Assembly: GCA_963750165.1 (NCBI GenBank)
Contig: CAVVPN010000004.1
Span: forward strand, 1-64,000
DNA from: an uncultured Gemmataceae bacterium
GTDB taxonomy: Bacteria; Planctomycetota; Planctomycetia; Gemmatales; Gemmataceae
Direction of reading: 5' to 3'
Length of the DNA: 64,000 bases
The notes under the pieces are model-generated. The model saw only the letters and a list, made by a program, of their open reading frames with translations, searched no databases and had not been told where the DNA came from. The number at the start of each line of letters is the position of its first letter. Within the stretch, counting starts at the first letter, position 1. Below are positions 51,898 through 62,100 of this stretch, in pieces. Both the position numbers and the translations under genes were made by a program.

Positions 51898-53484
51898 ATG
51901 GCCGAGTTGCACCACGAATGTGGCATCGCCGCACTGTACCACCTGGAGAGCCCCACCCCAACCACCCTCGACGCCGCCCCGGACCCCGAGCAGATTTCGT
52001 GGCTGATGCCGCGCATCCTCCTGGACCTGCAGAACCGTGGCCAGCTGGCGGCCGGCTTCACCACCTACAACCCGCACCGCGACAAACTGCTGGATACGCA
52101 CAAGCAGGTCGGCACGGTTATCGAGGCGTTCCGGCTCAACCACCAGGCAAAGTTCGACAGCATCATGCGCGAGTTCGCCGGCCGGGCCGCCATCGGCCAC
52201 GTCCGCTACGCCACCTGCGGCCAGAACGAGCGCAGCCACGCCCAGCCGTTCGAGCGGCACCACGGCTGCAAGTGGAAGTGGTTCAGTTTCGCCTTCAACG
52301 GCCAGCTGGCCAACTTCGCCGACCTGCGCGACGAGTTGCTCACCAAGGCCGACTACCACCTGACGCGCAACCTCGACACCGAGGTCATCCAGCACTTCCT
52401 CAGCTACGAACTACGGCACGACGGCCGGCCCGACCTGGTGGACGTGTTCACCAACCTGGCGCGGCGTTTCGACGGGGCGTACAACATTGTCTACCTGAAC
52501 GCGATGGGCGACCTGGCGGTGGTGCGCGACCCGAAGGGGTTTCGGCCGCTGTGCTACGCCCAGAACGGGCCGTTATTCGCCGCCGCCAGCGAGAGCGTGC
52601 CGCTGCTGAACCTCGGCTTCACCGACATCCAGTCGCTGGAGCCGGGCGAGATGATCGTCATCCAGAACAACCAGATCCGCCGCGTCCGTTACGCCCCGAA
52701 GCAGCCGACCGCGCACTGCTTCTTCGAGTGGATCTATTTCGCCAACGTGGCCAGCACGCTGGACGAGCGCAGCGTCTACCTGTCGCGGTCGAGGCTGGGC
52801 AAGGAGCTGGCGACGCAGGAACACCGCCTGCGCCTGGTGCCGCTGGACGACGACACCATCGTGGTGCCGGTGCCGGACACCGGCAAGGCGGCGGCGGACG
52901 CGATGGCGTTCGAGCTGGGCGTGCCGTCGGTCGAGGGCCTGATCCGCAACCGCTACATCGGCCGCACCTTTATCGAGGGCCAGAACCGGGCCGACCGCGT
53001 CCGCATGAAGTACACGCCGCTGCGCGAGGTGCTCGAGGGCAAGCGCGTGTTGCTGATCGAGGACACCATCGTCCGCAGCACGACGCTGAAGTCGCTGCTG
53101 CACCACGTCCGCGAGCGCGGCGGGGCAAAGGAGATCCACGTCCGCATCGCCTGCCCGCCGATCGTGGCACCATGCTTTTACGGCATCGACATGTCCACGG
53201 TGCGCGAGCTGTTCGCGCTGCGCTTCATGCACGGCAACCGGCCGACGGTGGACGAGCAGTACGCGATGGCGAAGGAGTTGGGCGCGGACAGCCTGTTCTA
53301 CCTGCCGCTGGAGGCGGTGGCGCGCTGCATTGGTCTGCCGGGGGACAAACTGTGTCGGGCGTGCCTGACCGGCGACTACCCGACGCCGACGGGCAAGCAG
53401 CTGTACGAACTGGCGCTGGTCAACCGCGGCGAGCCGGCCGCGAACGGACGCACCTATGAGCGGGCGTCCGCGGTGGCGCAGTAA
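51898..53484 (+). CDS. purF: Amidophosphoribosyltransferase
   Basis: AGGAG RBS; propeptide MAELHHE-CGI; LQNRGQ, IGHVRYAT, CFFEWIYFA, VPVPDTG, EDTIVRSTT, PCFYGIDM, CRACLTGDYP. Confidence 0.95.
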   Translation: MAELHHECGIAALYHLESPTPTTLDAAPDPEQISWLMPRILLDLQNRGQLAAGFTTYNPHRDKLLDTHKQVGTVIEAFRLNHQAKFDSIMREFAGRAAIGHVRYATCGQNERSHAQPFERHHGCKWKWFSFAFNGQLANFADLRDELLTKADYHLTRNLDTEVIQHFLSYELRHDGRPDLVDVFTNLARRFDGAYNIVYLNAMGDLAVVRDPKGFRPLCYAQNGPLFAAASESVPLLNLGFTDIQSLEPGEMIVIQNNQIRRVRYAPKQPTAHCFFEWIYFANVASTLDERSVYLSRSRLGKELATQEHRLRLVPLDDDTIVVPVPDTGKAAADAMAFELGVPSVEGLIRNRYIGRTFIEGQNRADRVRMKYTPLREVLEGKRVLLIEDTIVRSTTLKSLLHHVRERGGAKEIHVRIACPPIVAPCFYGIDMSTVRELFALRFMHGNRPTVDEQYAMAKELGADSLFYLPLEAVARCIGLPGDKLCRACLTGDYPTPTGKQLYELALVNRGEPAANGRTYERASAVAQ

Positions 53485-53520
53485 GCCGCGCCAGGTCGCC
53501 CCACTGGGGAGGGGTCGGAC

Positions 53521-54113
53521 TTGAGCGACACCGACAAGGAATTACGCTTCGCCTACAAGGAATGGGCCGCCATCTGTCTGGCGCTGTGCGCGGCGAACAG
53601 TCGCTGCTGCTGCGCAAGGGCGGCAGCGCTGAATCCGATGGCGATTTCGCCCTGGAGCACGCGCGCTTCTGGCTGCTGCCGACCTACACACACCAGCAGG
53701 AGCAGGGCGGCCTGCAAGAAGACGCCGCGCCGCTGCTGGCCGAGGCGCTGGCGCAGCGGCCGCCGACGGGCGTGCTGCGGCTGACGCACTTCGCGGAGGT
53801 GCTCGGCGTCTACCACGTCAAGGCGGTGATGCCGGCGCTGCTGCTGCAACACCTGCACTGCTGGTCGGCCGCCACGGTGGAGAAGCGCTTCCACTACCGC
53901 ACGCCGGGACTGTTCGTGCTGCCGGTACGTGTCTGGAAAGCGGCGGAGGTGTATGAGTTGCCCGACCGTGCCGAGTACGCGGGCTGCCGCACCTGGGTTG
54001 AGCTGGAGCGGCCGCTGTCCACCGCCGGCGCGACGCCAGCGCTGCCGGAGCAGTCGATTGCCAACCTGCGCGACAGTCTGGATCTGCTCCTGAACCCGAC
54101 CGCGTTCGTGTGA
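53521..54113 (+). CDS. DUF1802 family protein; apparent frameshift at ~53590
   Basis: AYKEWAAIC.AL..GEQSLLLRKGG...FWLLPTYTHQ...YAGCRTWVEL. Confidence 0.82.
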
Positions 54114-54150
54114 ACCCGTCGGTTTCGGCGTTTTTTTCAAGGAATCGACC

Positions 54151-55008
54151 ATGCCCGCCCGCTGCCCCACCTGCAACGTGCCGCTCACGATCGACGAGGC
54201 CCGTCAGCCGACCTGCCCGGTCTGCGGCGAGAGCCTGGAGGTGCGCACGCGGATCACGGAAGAACCCGAGAGCCGCCGCTGGTCCGAACCCAAATCCCCG
54301 CTCGCCTGGGACGAGCGGGAGGACCGCCGCGATTCCTTCCGACTCGGGGAAGGCGAGCGCCGCGACACCCTGCCTGGCAAGGGACTCACCCACGCCACGA
54401 TCCTGATGCTGATTCTGAGCCTGGTGGTGGAGCTGGCGGCCATCGGCGTCAGCCTCGTGGCCCTGCCCGCGGCGACCGGCCGCGTGGCCGGCGCAGGATC
54501 AGCCGCTGGAGGCCCTGGACCCGATGGACCTGCTCCGCGGTATTGTGGACTGCTTCCTGCTGTTGGTGCGACTGCCGACGGGCATTGTGTTCCTGTGCTG
54601 GGTCTACCAGTCGTACAGCAACCTGGAAGTCCTGCGGGTGTCGGGCCTGGAGCACTCGCCGGGCTGGGCAGTCGGGTATTTCTTCATCCCCATTCTGAAT
54701 CTGTTCCGGCCCTGCCAGGTCTTTCAGGAAATGTGGCGGGCCAGCAACCCGAACGACCTGACTCACGACTGGAACCGGGGCAGCGGCAGTGGCTTGATTA
54801 CCTGCTGGTGGCTGTTCTGGCTGGCTTCCGAAATCGCCAAGGTATCGGCGGCGTGGCCGGGTCGTCGCCCACAGCCCACCTCTCGACCGTCATCCTGCTT
54901 ACCCTGGTGGCGGACGCCTTGACCATCGTGGCGGGGCTGCTGGCGATTGCCGTCGTCTGGAGCCTGCGGGCGCAACAGGAGCAGAAGTTCCAGGCGGAGC
55001 GGTTTTGA
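54151..55008 (+). CDS. Zn-ribbon plus DUF4328 membrane protein; two compensating apparent frameshifts
   Basis: CPTC...CPVC; middle part in an alternate frame (54524-54922): FLCWVYQSYSNL...SPGWAVGYFFIPILNLFRP.QVFQEMWRAS...WWLFW. Confidence 0.72.
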   Translation: MPARCPTCNVPLTIDEARQPTCPVCGESLEVRTRITEEPESRRWSEPKSPLAWDEREDRRDSFRLGEGERRDTLPGKGLTHATILMLILSLVVELAAIGVSLVALPAATGRVAGAGSAAGGPGPDGPAPRYCGLLPAVGATADGHCVPVLGLPVVQQPGSPAGVGPGALAGLGSRVFLHPHSESVPALPGLSGNVAGQQPERPDSRLEPGQRQWLDYLLVAVLAGFRNRQGIGGVAGSSPTAHLSTVILLTLVADALTIVAGLLAIAVVWSLRAQQEQKFQAERF

Positions 55009-55134
55009 GGGCCGCGGAAGGGGGCACCGTTTTCACCGGAGCGGGTTGCCGTGGCTGAAGGGCGTTAACGCTGGCGTTTGACACGGTCAACTCAGGAGAA
55101 AGGACCAGGGCTCGACAATGTGGCCGCCGGTTTC

Positions 55135-55420
55135 CTTCCTGCCAGCCACCGGCGTTCGCCAGACGCACGGCCAATTCCTCAAGCCGCTCCAGGTCTTCGG
55201 TGTTCTCGATCAACGCGCGCACTGCGGCGTCCGGCGGCCCGAATTTGCTCTCCCCAATCAAAAAGAGCATGCGGCGGGCCTCCTCCGCGCGACCCCGACG
55301 CACAATGGCCTGATAGGTCGAAGACTGTTCCATTCCCAGCACCTCCTCGAAGAAGACGTGCGCCAGCGCATCGGAATAGCGTAGTCCCAGAAGCACATAC
55401 GTCGCCGACCACAGGGGCGG
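55135..55420 (-). pseudogene. C-terminal remnant of an Rpn/DUF4351-like protein
   Basis: LWSATYVLLGLRY...MEQSSTYQAIVRRGRAEEARRMLFLIGESKFGPPDA...DLERLEELAVRL; no N-terminal part. Confidence 0.62.
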
Positions 55421-55480
55421 GCGCTGCCGCTGATGCGCCGACTGCTGGGCTCCCTGCTCAAGTCGCGTCGCTGTTCCGGG

Positions 55481-55828
55481 TCAGCGGTTTGCGCCCTTTT
55501 TCCCGCCGAAGTAGACCTGTTCCAGCAGATCGCGCAATTCCTCGGCAATTTCCTCCGGCGGGTTGCCGGACAGGGCGGCGGCGATCAGCCGTTCGGCCTC
55601 GCGGAGGGCGCCGCATTCCAGGGCCAGGGAGGCGGCGCTGTGGTGTAGCACCGAGCGCGTCGGCTCCAGGGTCAGGTCCGCTGCCGCCACCGCGGCCGCT
55701 TGCCGTTCCTGCTCGAAGGCCTGGCGCAAGTGTTCCCGGGCCGCCTGGGGGTTGCCGCCGCGCCGCAACCGCTCCGCTTCATCGACCAGGCGCATCGCCT
55801 GGTGATGGAGGTCGTGCATCGGACTCAT
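55481..55828 (-). CDS. Helical (TPR-like) hypothetical protein, downstream partner in a two-gene module
   Basis: HDLHHQAMRL...EPTRSVLHHSAASLALECG...AERLIAAALSGNPPEEIAEELRDL; ATGA overlap with the upstream gene. Confidence 0.8.
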   Translation of the reverse strand: MSPMHDLHHQAMRLVDEAERLRRGGNPQAAREHLRQAFEQERQAAAVAAADLTLEPTRSVLHHSAASLALECGALREAERLIAAALSGNPPEEIAEELRDLLEQVYFGGKKGANR

Positions 55829-56220
55829 CGCTGCACCATCCTTGCTTGCGGTTTGCCGAACTCAACGACCACGACGTGGGCCGGCAGGTGCCCGCTATCG
55901 GACTTTTGGGTTTGTTTGGTTTTCGCCGACAGCCTCACGGCGTACGCGCCTTGCTCCGTGGCTTCGTCGAAATCATTCCAGAACCGCTGCATCGGCTCAG
56001 TGACGCGATCAGACCAGTGGAGGGAGTACACGGCGCTGGGCGTGCCGCTGACGGTAAGCGTCACCCCGGAAACGTGGCCCTGCTTATCGAGGCACAGGAT
56101 CGCCGCCTGGGCTAACATGGTTCCGCACGCGGGTGGAATGTGGGGGAACTCGACCGCCAGAGCGTCCAGGAGGAGTTGCCCCTTGGTGTCCTCTGAGGGT
56201 GCATCGGGCATGGCCGCCAT
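55825..56220 (-). CDS. Hypothetical protein, upstream partner; probably internally deleted
   Basis: LAQAAILCLDKQGH...WNDFDEATEQGAY directly followed by ...SD...LPAHVVVVEFGKP. Confidence 0.68.
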   Translation of the reverse strand: MAAMPDAPSEDTKGQLLLDALAVEFPHIPPACGTMLAQAAILCLDKQGHVSGVTLTVSGTPSAVYSLHWSDRVTEPMQRFWNDFDEATEQGAYAVRLSAKTKQTQKSDSGHLPAHVVVVEFGKPQARMVQR

Positions 56221-56359
56221 TGGGTATCCCCCTTTCCCGAATTACGCCGGGTGCCATGCTTTCGCGGCCCGTGCAGCGTCAGGCGTGCGTTTCAGAATAC
56301 CCCCTGCCGCGGTCAGGACAAGGAAATAACGGCTCAGGTGGCACTGCTACGCCACCAAA

Positions 56360-56446
56360 GAGGAGACCTTCGGTCGCAGCCGTGGACCGGTCAGGAGACC
56401 GGCCCACAACAAGTGGCGCACAACAGGAGACCGGCCTACAACAGGG
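56360..56446 (+). repeat. REP-like cluster with repeated AGGAGACC / CAGGAGACCGGCCYACAACA
   Basis: gaggagaccttcggtc, ccggtcaggagaccggcccacaaca, caggagaccggcctacaaca. Confidence 0.6.
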
Positions 56447-56647
56447 GAGTTGCAGTTGTCTGGCGGTGGGTACTACGGTTATTACAGAGTCAGGGGCTGC
56501 CACCCTGGTCCCGAGGCAGGCAAGATCAATAGTTTGAGTAGGGAATCTCCGCTCCCCGCCACGCAAAGTGGGGGGTCTGTGAAATGATATGAAACGAAAC
56601 GGCCTCCTGCCCCTACTTCCATTATACGCGAGCAACCGAGGCACGAC

Positions 56648-57781
56648 ATGACCCACGATCCGATGGCCGCCATCCGCGACAAGGTCGAGGCCGGCGAGCG
56701 CCTGTCCTTCGCGGACGGCCTGTACCTGGAGGAGCACGCCGACCTGCTGGAGCTGGGCCGGTTGGCCAACACGGTGCGCGAGCGCCAGCACGGCAACCGC
56801 GCTTATTACAACGTCAACACGCACCTGAACCCGACCAACGTCTGCGTCTACCGCTGCACCTTCTGCGCTTTCCGCGCCGACCTCAAGAGCGACAGGGGCT
56901 ACGTCATGAGCGACGCACAGCTCCTTGAGCGCGCCGCCGAGGCGGAGGGCCGCGGCGCCACCGAGTTGCACATCGTCGGCGGCCTGCACCACCAGTTGCC
57001 GTATGAGTGGTATCTGAACGTGGTGCGGATCATCCATCGGGCGCACCCGCGGCTGCACCTGAAGGCGTACACGGCGGTCGAGTGGGACTGGTTCGCACGG
57101 CTGACCAACCGGCCGACGCGCGACCTGCTGGCGGAGTTCAAGGACGCGGGCCTCGGCAGTCTGCCAGGCGGCGGCGCCGAAATCTTCCACCCCGAAATCC
57201 GCGACCAGATTTGCGAGCACAAGGCCGACGCCGACGGCTGGCTGCGTATCCACCGTGAGGCGCACGAACTGGGGTTGCGCTCCAACGCCACCATGCTCTA
57301 CGGCCACATCGAACGGCCGGAGCACCGCATTGACCACCTGATCCGCTTGCGTGAGTTGCAGGACCAGACCGCCGGGTTCCAGACGTTCATCCCGCTGGCG
57401 TTCCACCCGGACAACACGCGGCTGAGTCACATCCAGAAGCCGAGCATCCTGCGCGACCTGCGAACGATGGCGGTGAGCCGGCTGCTGCTGGACAACTTCC
57501 CGCACGTCAAGGCGTACTGGATCATGCTCGGCATCCAGACGGCGCAAATCGCGCTGGGCTTCGGAGCGGACGACATCGACGGCACGGTGGTCCACGAGAA
57601 GATTTACCACGACGCCGGCTCGGACACGCCGCAGGAGTTGACGGTGGCAGAACTGCGGCGGCTGATCGCGGAGGCGGGCCGCGTGCCGGTGGAGCGCGAC
57701 ACGCTGTACCGCGAGGTGGTGCGACAACAGAACGACTGGCAGATCGGCCGGGCAATCCCGCTGACACTGGCCAGTATCTGA
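56648..57781 (+). CDS. mqnE: Aminofutalosine synthase (radical SAM, menaquinone futalosine pathway)
   Basis: HLNPTNVCVYRCTFCAF, TELHIVGGLH, HLKAYTAVE, LPGGGAEIF, SNATMLYGHIE, FIPLAFHP, DNFPHVKAYW, EKIYHDAG. Confidence 0.9.
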   Translation: MTHDPMAAIRDKVEAGERLSFADGLYLEEHADLLELGRLANTVRERQHGNRAYYNVNTHLNPTNVCVYRCTFCAFRADLKSDRGYVMSDAQLLERAAEAEGRGATELHIVGGLHHQLPYEWYLNVVRIIHRAHPRLHLKAYTAVEWDWFARLTNRPTRDLLAEFKDAGLGSLPGGGAEIFHPEIRDQICEHKADADGWLRIHREAHELGLRSNATMLYGHIERPEHRIDHLIRLRELQDQTAGFQTFIPLAFHPDNTRLSHIQKPSILRDLRTMAVSRLLLDNFPHVKAYWIMLGIQTAQIALGFGADDIDGTVVHEKIYHDAGSDTPQELTVAELRRLIAEAGRVPVERDTLYREVVRQQNDWQIGRAIPLTLASI

Positions 57782-57808
57782 AAACAAAAGACGAATCGCG
57801 AAAACACG

Positions 57809-57853
57809 AAAAAAAGCTGACCGTCACGGATTTTGGGGCGGTCAGCTTTTTTT
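57809..57853. terminator. Bidirectional intrinsic terminator after mqnE
   Basis: A-run, gctgaccg...cggtcagc stem, then T7. Confidence 0.72.
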
Positions 57854-58089
57854 ACGCCTGGATTGGCTGGTTTCAGCATAGCTCCCGCCCACACGGTCAA
57901 GCACTTCCAGGGCTTTTCCGTATTGCTCAGGGCTGGTCATGGGCACGACGGGCATGGCAGTTCCTCTCCATTGCAGCTTCGCGCGCTTCTCACACGAATC
58001 CTACCATCCCCGCCCGCGCGCCCCCAGGGCAATCCCAGCAGCCGCCGTCGGGAGGATTGCAGCGCATCAAGCCGCCAGCGAGAGAAGTC

Positions 58090-61000
58090 TCACGCCGACA
58101 ATCGCAGCGTCGCCTCGGCCAGCGCGTTGTCGCGGACGTGCTTCAGCAACCGCTCCCACGCCTCGGGGTTGACCGGCACTTCGCCGCCCGCGTGGTCCAG
58201 TTCCTCCAGTAGCTGTGCCGCGCTGACGATGCGGCGCTCGGCCGCCTTCGGCCCGAGCCGGTCGAGCAGATCCAGCAGCGGTTCCGGCAGAGTCGGCCCG
58301 CGCGTCCCCTTGCGCCGGGCGCCGCTCCACTCCGACGCGATCCGCCCCAGCGCCTCCAGGTCCGCGGCCACGTCCTCATGCACCTCCGCGTCCGTCAGCC
58401 ACGGCGGCTCGCCGGCGCCGCACAGTTTCAGCGTGCCGTCGGCCGTCAGCAGGAACAATTCCGGCCGCAAGTGGCCGTGGACCAGGCCCGCTTCGTGGAC
58501 CGTGTGCAGACCGAGGGCCGCCTGGCTGAGCAGGCGGAACCACACTCCCGGCGCCGCGGCCGGCGGCGGCCAGTCGTTGCCCGGCAGGCCGGTCAGCCAT
58601 TCCTGGATGGCCGCGGGACGGCCCTTGATGTCGAGCACCTCCAGCGTCGCCGCCACGTTCGGGTGCAGGATCATCGCCTGGCGGAAGCGCTGTCGGAACT
58701 CGTCCGGATGCACCGCGTCCTCCAGTTCCGCCTCGGCCAGCCAGCGCAGCACTGCGTCCTCGCCGCGGCGCGGGTCGAAAACGCGGTAGACCTGCTCGCG
58801 CGGCGTCGCGCGCAGCCGATCCACCACGCGCACCGGCCCCAGCATCAGGCCGTCCAGGTTGCCTGCCTCGATCAGCGCCAGCTGGTAGAGCGTCACGGCA
58901 CCGCTGGCGAGCAGCACCTGGCGCAGCGACCGCCGCTGCCGCCGGGCCTCGACCCATAGCGCCGTCAGCGTGTCCGCCTCGACCAGGCCCAGCGAGCGCA
59001 GCAACTCGCCCAGCTGCCGGTCGGCCGGCTCCACGTCGCCGGTCAACGACAGGATGTCGCGGTTGCCGTCGGCCGCCGGCGCCGCGGTCGCTTCGCTCAC
59101 TCGCGCCTCTTCCGGGATGCCGGCCAGTTCGCGGAGCTTTTTACGATACCACTCGCGCATGTCCGCCAAATGACGCTCGACCTCGCCGCGGCGCTCGGCG
59201 ACGGCACGCTGTTCGTGTTGCAGTTGCTCGGCCTGTTGCGCCAGGCGCTGGGCGTCGGCGTCGATGCGGCGGGCCTGCTCGTCCACCTGCGACTTCTGTC
59301 GTTGCAACCGCGACTCGTCGCGCGCCAGCAGTCGCTTCAGGTCGCCGATCTGGCCCTGCCAGTCGATCAACTGCTGGCGGAACGCGACCACGGCCAGGCG
59401 CTGCTCGTCCTGGTGGCGGCGCAGCGCCAGCTCCTGCTGCTGCAACCGCTCCGCCTCCGCCTGCAACTGCGCCCGGATCGCGTCCAGACCCTCCTGACAC
59501 TGCTGGGCGTAATTGTGGACCTCGGCCAGGTGCTCGCGCAGCTGCTCCCGGGCGTGCGTCAGCCGCTCCAGCGCGGTGCCGGCGCAACTCCAACTCCGGC
59601 AACTGCTGTTGCAGCGTCAGTGCCTCGCGCCGCGCCTGCTCCAGCTCCGTCCGGGCCTGCTCCACATCAGCCAGCGCCTGCTGCCGCTCGGAGTCGAGGC
59701 CGCCGCGCTCCTGCGCCAGCGCCTTGCGCTCGGTGGCGACACCGCGGCCAACCTCCTTGAGCTTGTCCTGCTGCCGCCGCAGCGTCTCCTCGCGGTCGTT
59801 CAGCAATTGTTGCAGCCGACTCACTTCCGCCGTCTGGGCGTCCAGCTCGCGCCCCGCCGCCGCCAGCGCCTCCTGTCCCGCCTGCCGTTCGCGCTCCAGC
59901 TCCGCCCGCTGCTCCTCGACACGCTCCAGCGCTGCCTCGTGCTGGCCGGCCTGCTCCGCCAGCGCCTTCTGCCGCGCGGTCAACTCCTCGGAGCGACGCC
60001 GCAGCTGTTCCTGCAACGCCTCGCGCGCCTGCTCCGCCTGCGTCAGCAGGTTCTTGCGCTCGCGTAGCCCCTCGCGCTCCGCTTCCACCCGCCGCTGCAA
60101 GTCGTCCAGCTGCGTCTTGCGCGCCTCGACCAGGCTGGCAGCCTCGGCCTGCTCCGCGACCGCCGTGTCCAGCGCCAGCGCCTGCGCCTGCAACCGCTCC
60201 TCCTCAGCGCTGACTTTTTCCTGTGCCTGCCGCAACTGACTGACCGCCGCCTCCATCACGGCGCCGCGCTCCGCGAGCTGCCGCCGCTCCTGCTCCAGCA
60301 AGGTGCGGTCGCCGTCGAAGTCCGCCCGCAACCGCTGCGCCGCCTCCAGCTGCTGCCGTGCCTCCGCAGCCAGCGTCTCCTGCCGCTCGCGCTGCTCGGT
60401 CAACTCCTGCTCTTCCTTGCGAACTTCCTCGCGCATGCGCTCCAGGCGCGTGCGCAACGCCGCCAGCGTCGCTTGCTGGCCCTCCAGCGCCGCGGCCCGC
60501 TTCGCCAGCTGGGCGGCGGCCTCATCCTGCTCCGTCTTCTGCTTCGCCAGCTTCTCGCCGACGGCGCACAGCTTCGTGTGCCATTCGTCCAGCTGCACCA
60601 CCTGCTCTTCCAGGTCACGCGTGTCGTGCTGCATCTGCTCCAGCTTTTGCTCGACTTCCTGCGACCGCTGCTGCACCTGCTGCTCGCGCTCATCCAGGCT
60701 GCCCTGCAGGCGGTCGAGCCGCACCAGGTCGTCGCGGTACTGGGCCTGGTCCTGCTCCAGCTTTTCGCGCTCCGCCGTCAACTGATCCTCGCGGCGCAAG
60801 ATGTCGCCGAGTCGATCCGTCAACTCCTGCTGCAACTGGGCCTGCTGCGCCTCGAAGCGCGCACGCTCTTCCTGCAACTGCTGCCGCTGCTGCTCCAGCT
60901 CGGCGGCGCGGCCGTCCAGTTCCGCCAACCGCGGTGACTCCTCGGCGCGGCGTGCGGCCCAGCGCTTCTCTTCCTCCTCGATCGCGCGCCTGCGCTCCTG

Positions 61001-61876
61001 CACTTTTTTGGCGGCCTTGTTGACGGCCTCCTGCAGACCGGCCATACGGTCGCGGCGTTCGCGGTAGCGCTCGTACAGCTGGCGGCGCAGGTCCGCCAAC
61101 TCCTGCCGGGCCGCGGTCAGTTCGAGCCGCTGTTTCTCCAGGTCCGCGGCCCGCGCCTCGACCGCGTGATATTGCAGGTTCAGTTCCGCTTCGCGCTCCG
61201 CCAGCGCCTCAGCGTGACCCTGAGAACCCCCGGTCGGGGCGGCGTGCTCCGGCTGCTTCAGTTCCTGCTCGATCTCCTGGCGGCGCTGATACCAGACGGC
61301 GCGGTCGTTCTCCAGGTCGCTGATTTGCTCCTGCACCTGCTGGCGCTGCCGCTCCAGCTCGGCAGTCTGGGCGGCGAACGCCTGGCGCTGCTTCTCGAAG
61401 GCGACGACCTCCTCACGGAAGCGCTGGGCCTGTTGTTGCAGGTGTTCGCGCACGGCCTCCAGGTTCGGCGGCAGCGGCGCGGCCAGGGCGGGCGCGGCGG
61501 CAGCGGGCTGGATGTGAACGGTGACATCGGCGCCGCCGAGGGTGATGTGGTCGCCGTCGCGCAGCGGCGTCTGCGTGGCGGGCCGGCCGTTGAGCAACAC
61601 CTGCTGCGTCGCGGCAAGCTTGCGCAGGCTGGCCCCGCTGGCGTGGCGGCCGACCAGGCATAGCAATGGTGTCAGTTCGCCGCCGGAGACGCGCAGGTCG
61701 CAGCCCGGCACACTGCCGATCAGGAAGCTGACATCGGCGACGGCGTACCACGTGGGGCGGTTGCTGCCGTAGCGGACTTCCAGCTTGACCTCGGCCAGCG
61801 GCCCGTCGGTGGTCGGCGGACGTGAGGGGGGTGAGGACACTTGTGCCATCCCGGCAACCTGCGCGGCCTGGGGCAT
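58090..61876 (-). CDS. FHA-like domain, very long coiled coil and C-terminal pseudokinase; apparent frameshift at ~59583
   Basis: FLIGSVPGCDLRV...VLLNGRP...LRDGDHITLG; E/Q/R heptads; kinase fold HPNVAATLEV...QAALGLHTVHEAGLVHGHLRPELFLLTADGTLKLCG. Confidence 0.8.
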
Positions 61877-62100
61877 CCCGGCCCCGGCCTGGATCACGAC
61901 GCTGGCGCTGATAAGACACGATCTGTGGTTTTTTTTGAAGAGCGAAACGCGGGGGTAGCTCAACTCACGGAAAGATGCTTCGGGTCGCTCTTGGTCAAAC
62001 CTGGGCGGCATGGTACAGTGGCCGGCGCCCGGGGCGGGCTGAGGAGGGCTCGCCCGCGCCGTCGTCCTTGGAACGGATTCCCTCGGGGAGGCTTCCGCTC

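Noticed and set aside
61948..62020. tRNA-like start GCGGGGGTAGCTCAACTC
   Set aside because: No GAGC to close the D stem, no TTCGA T-loop and no matching acceptor strand.
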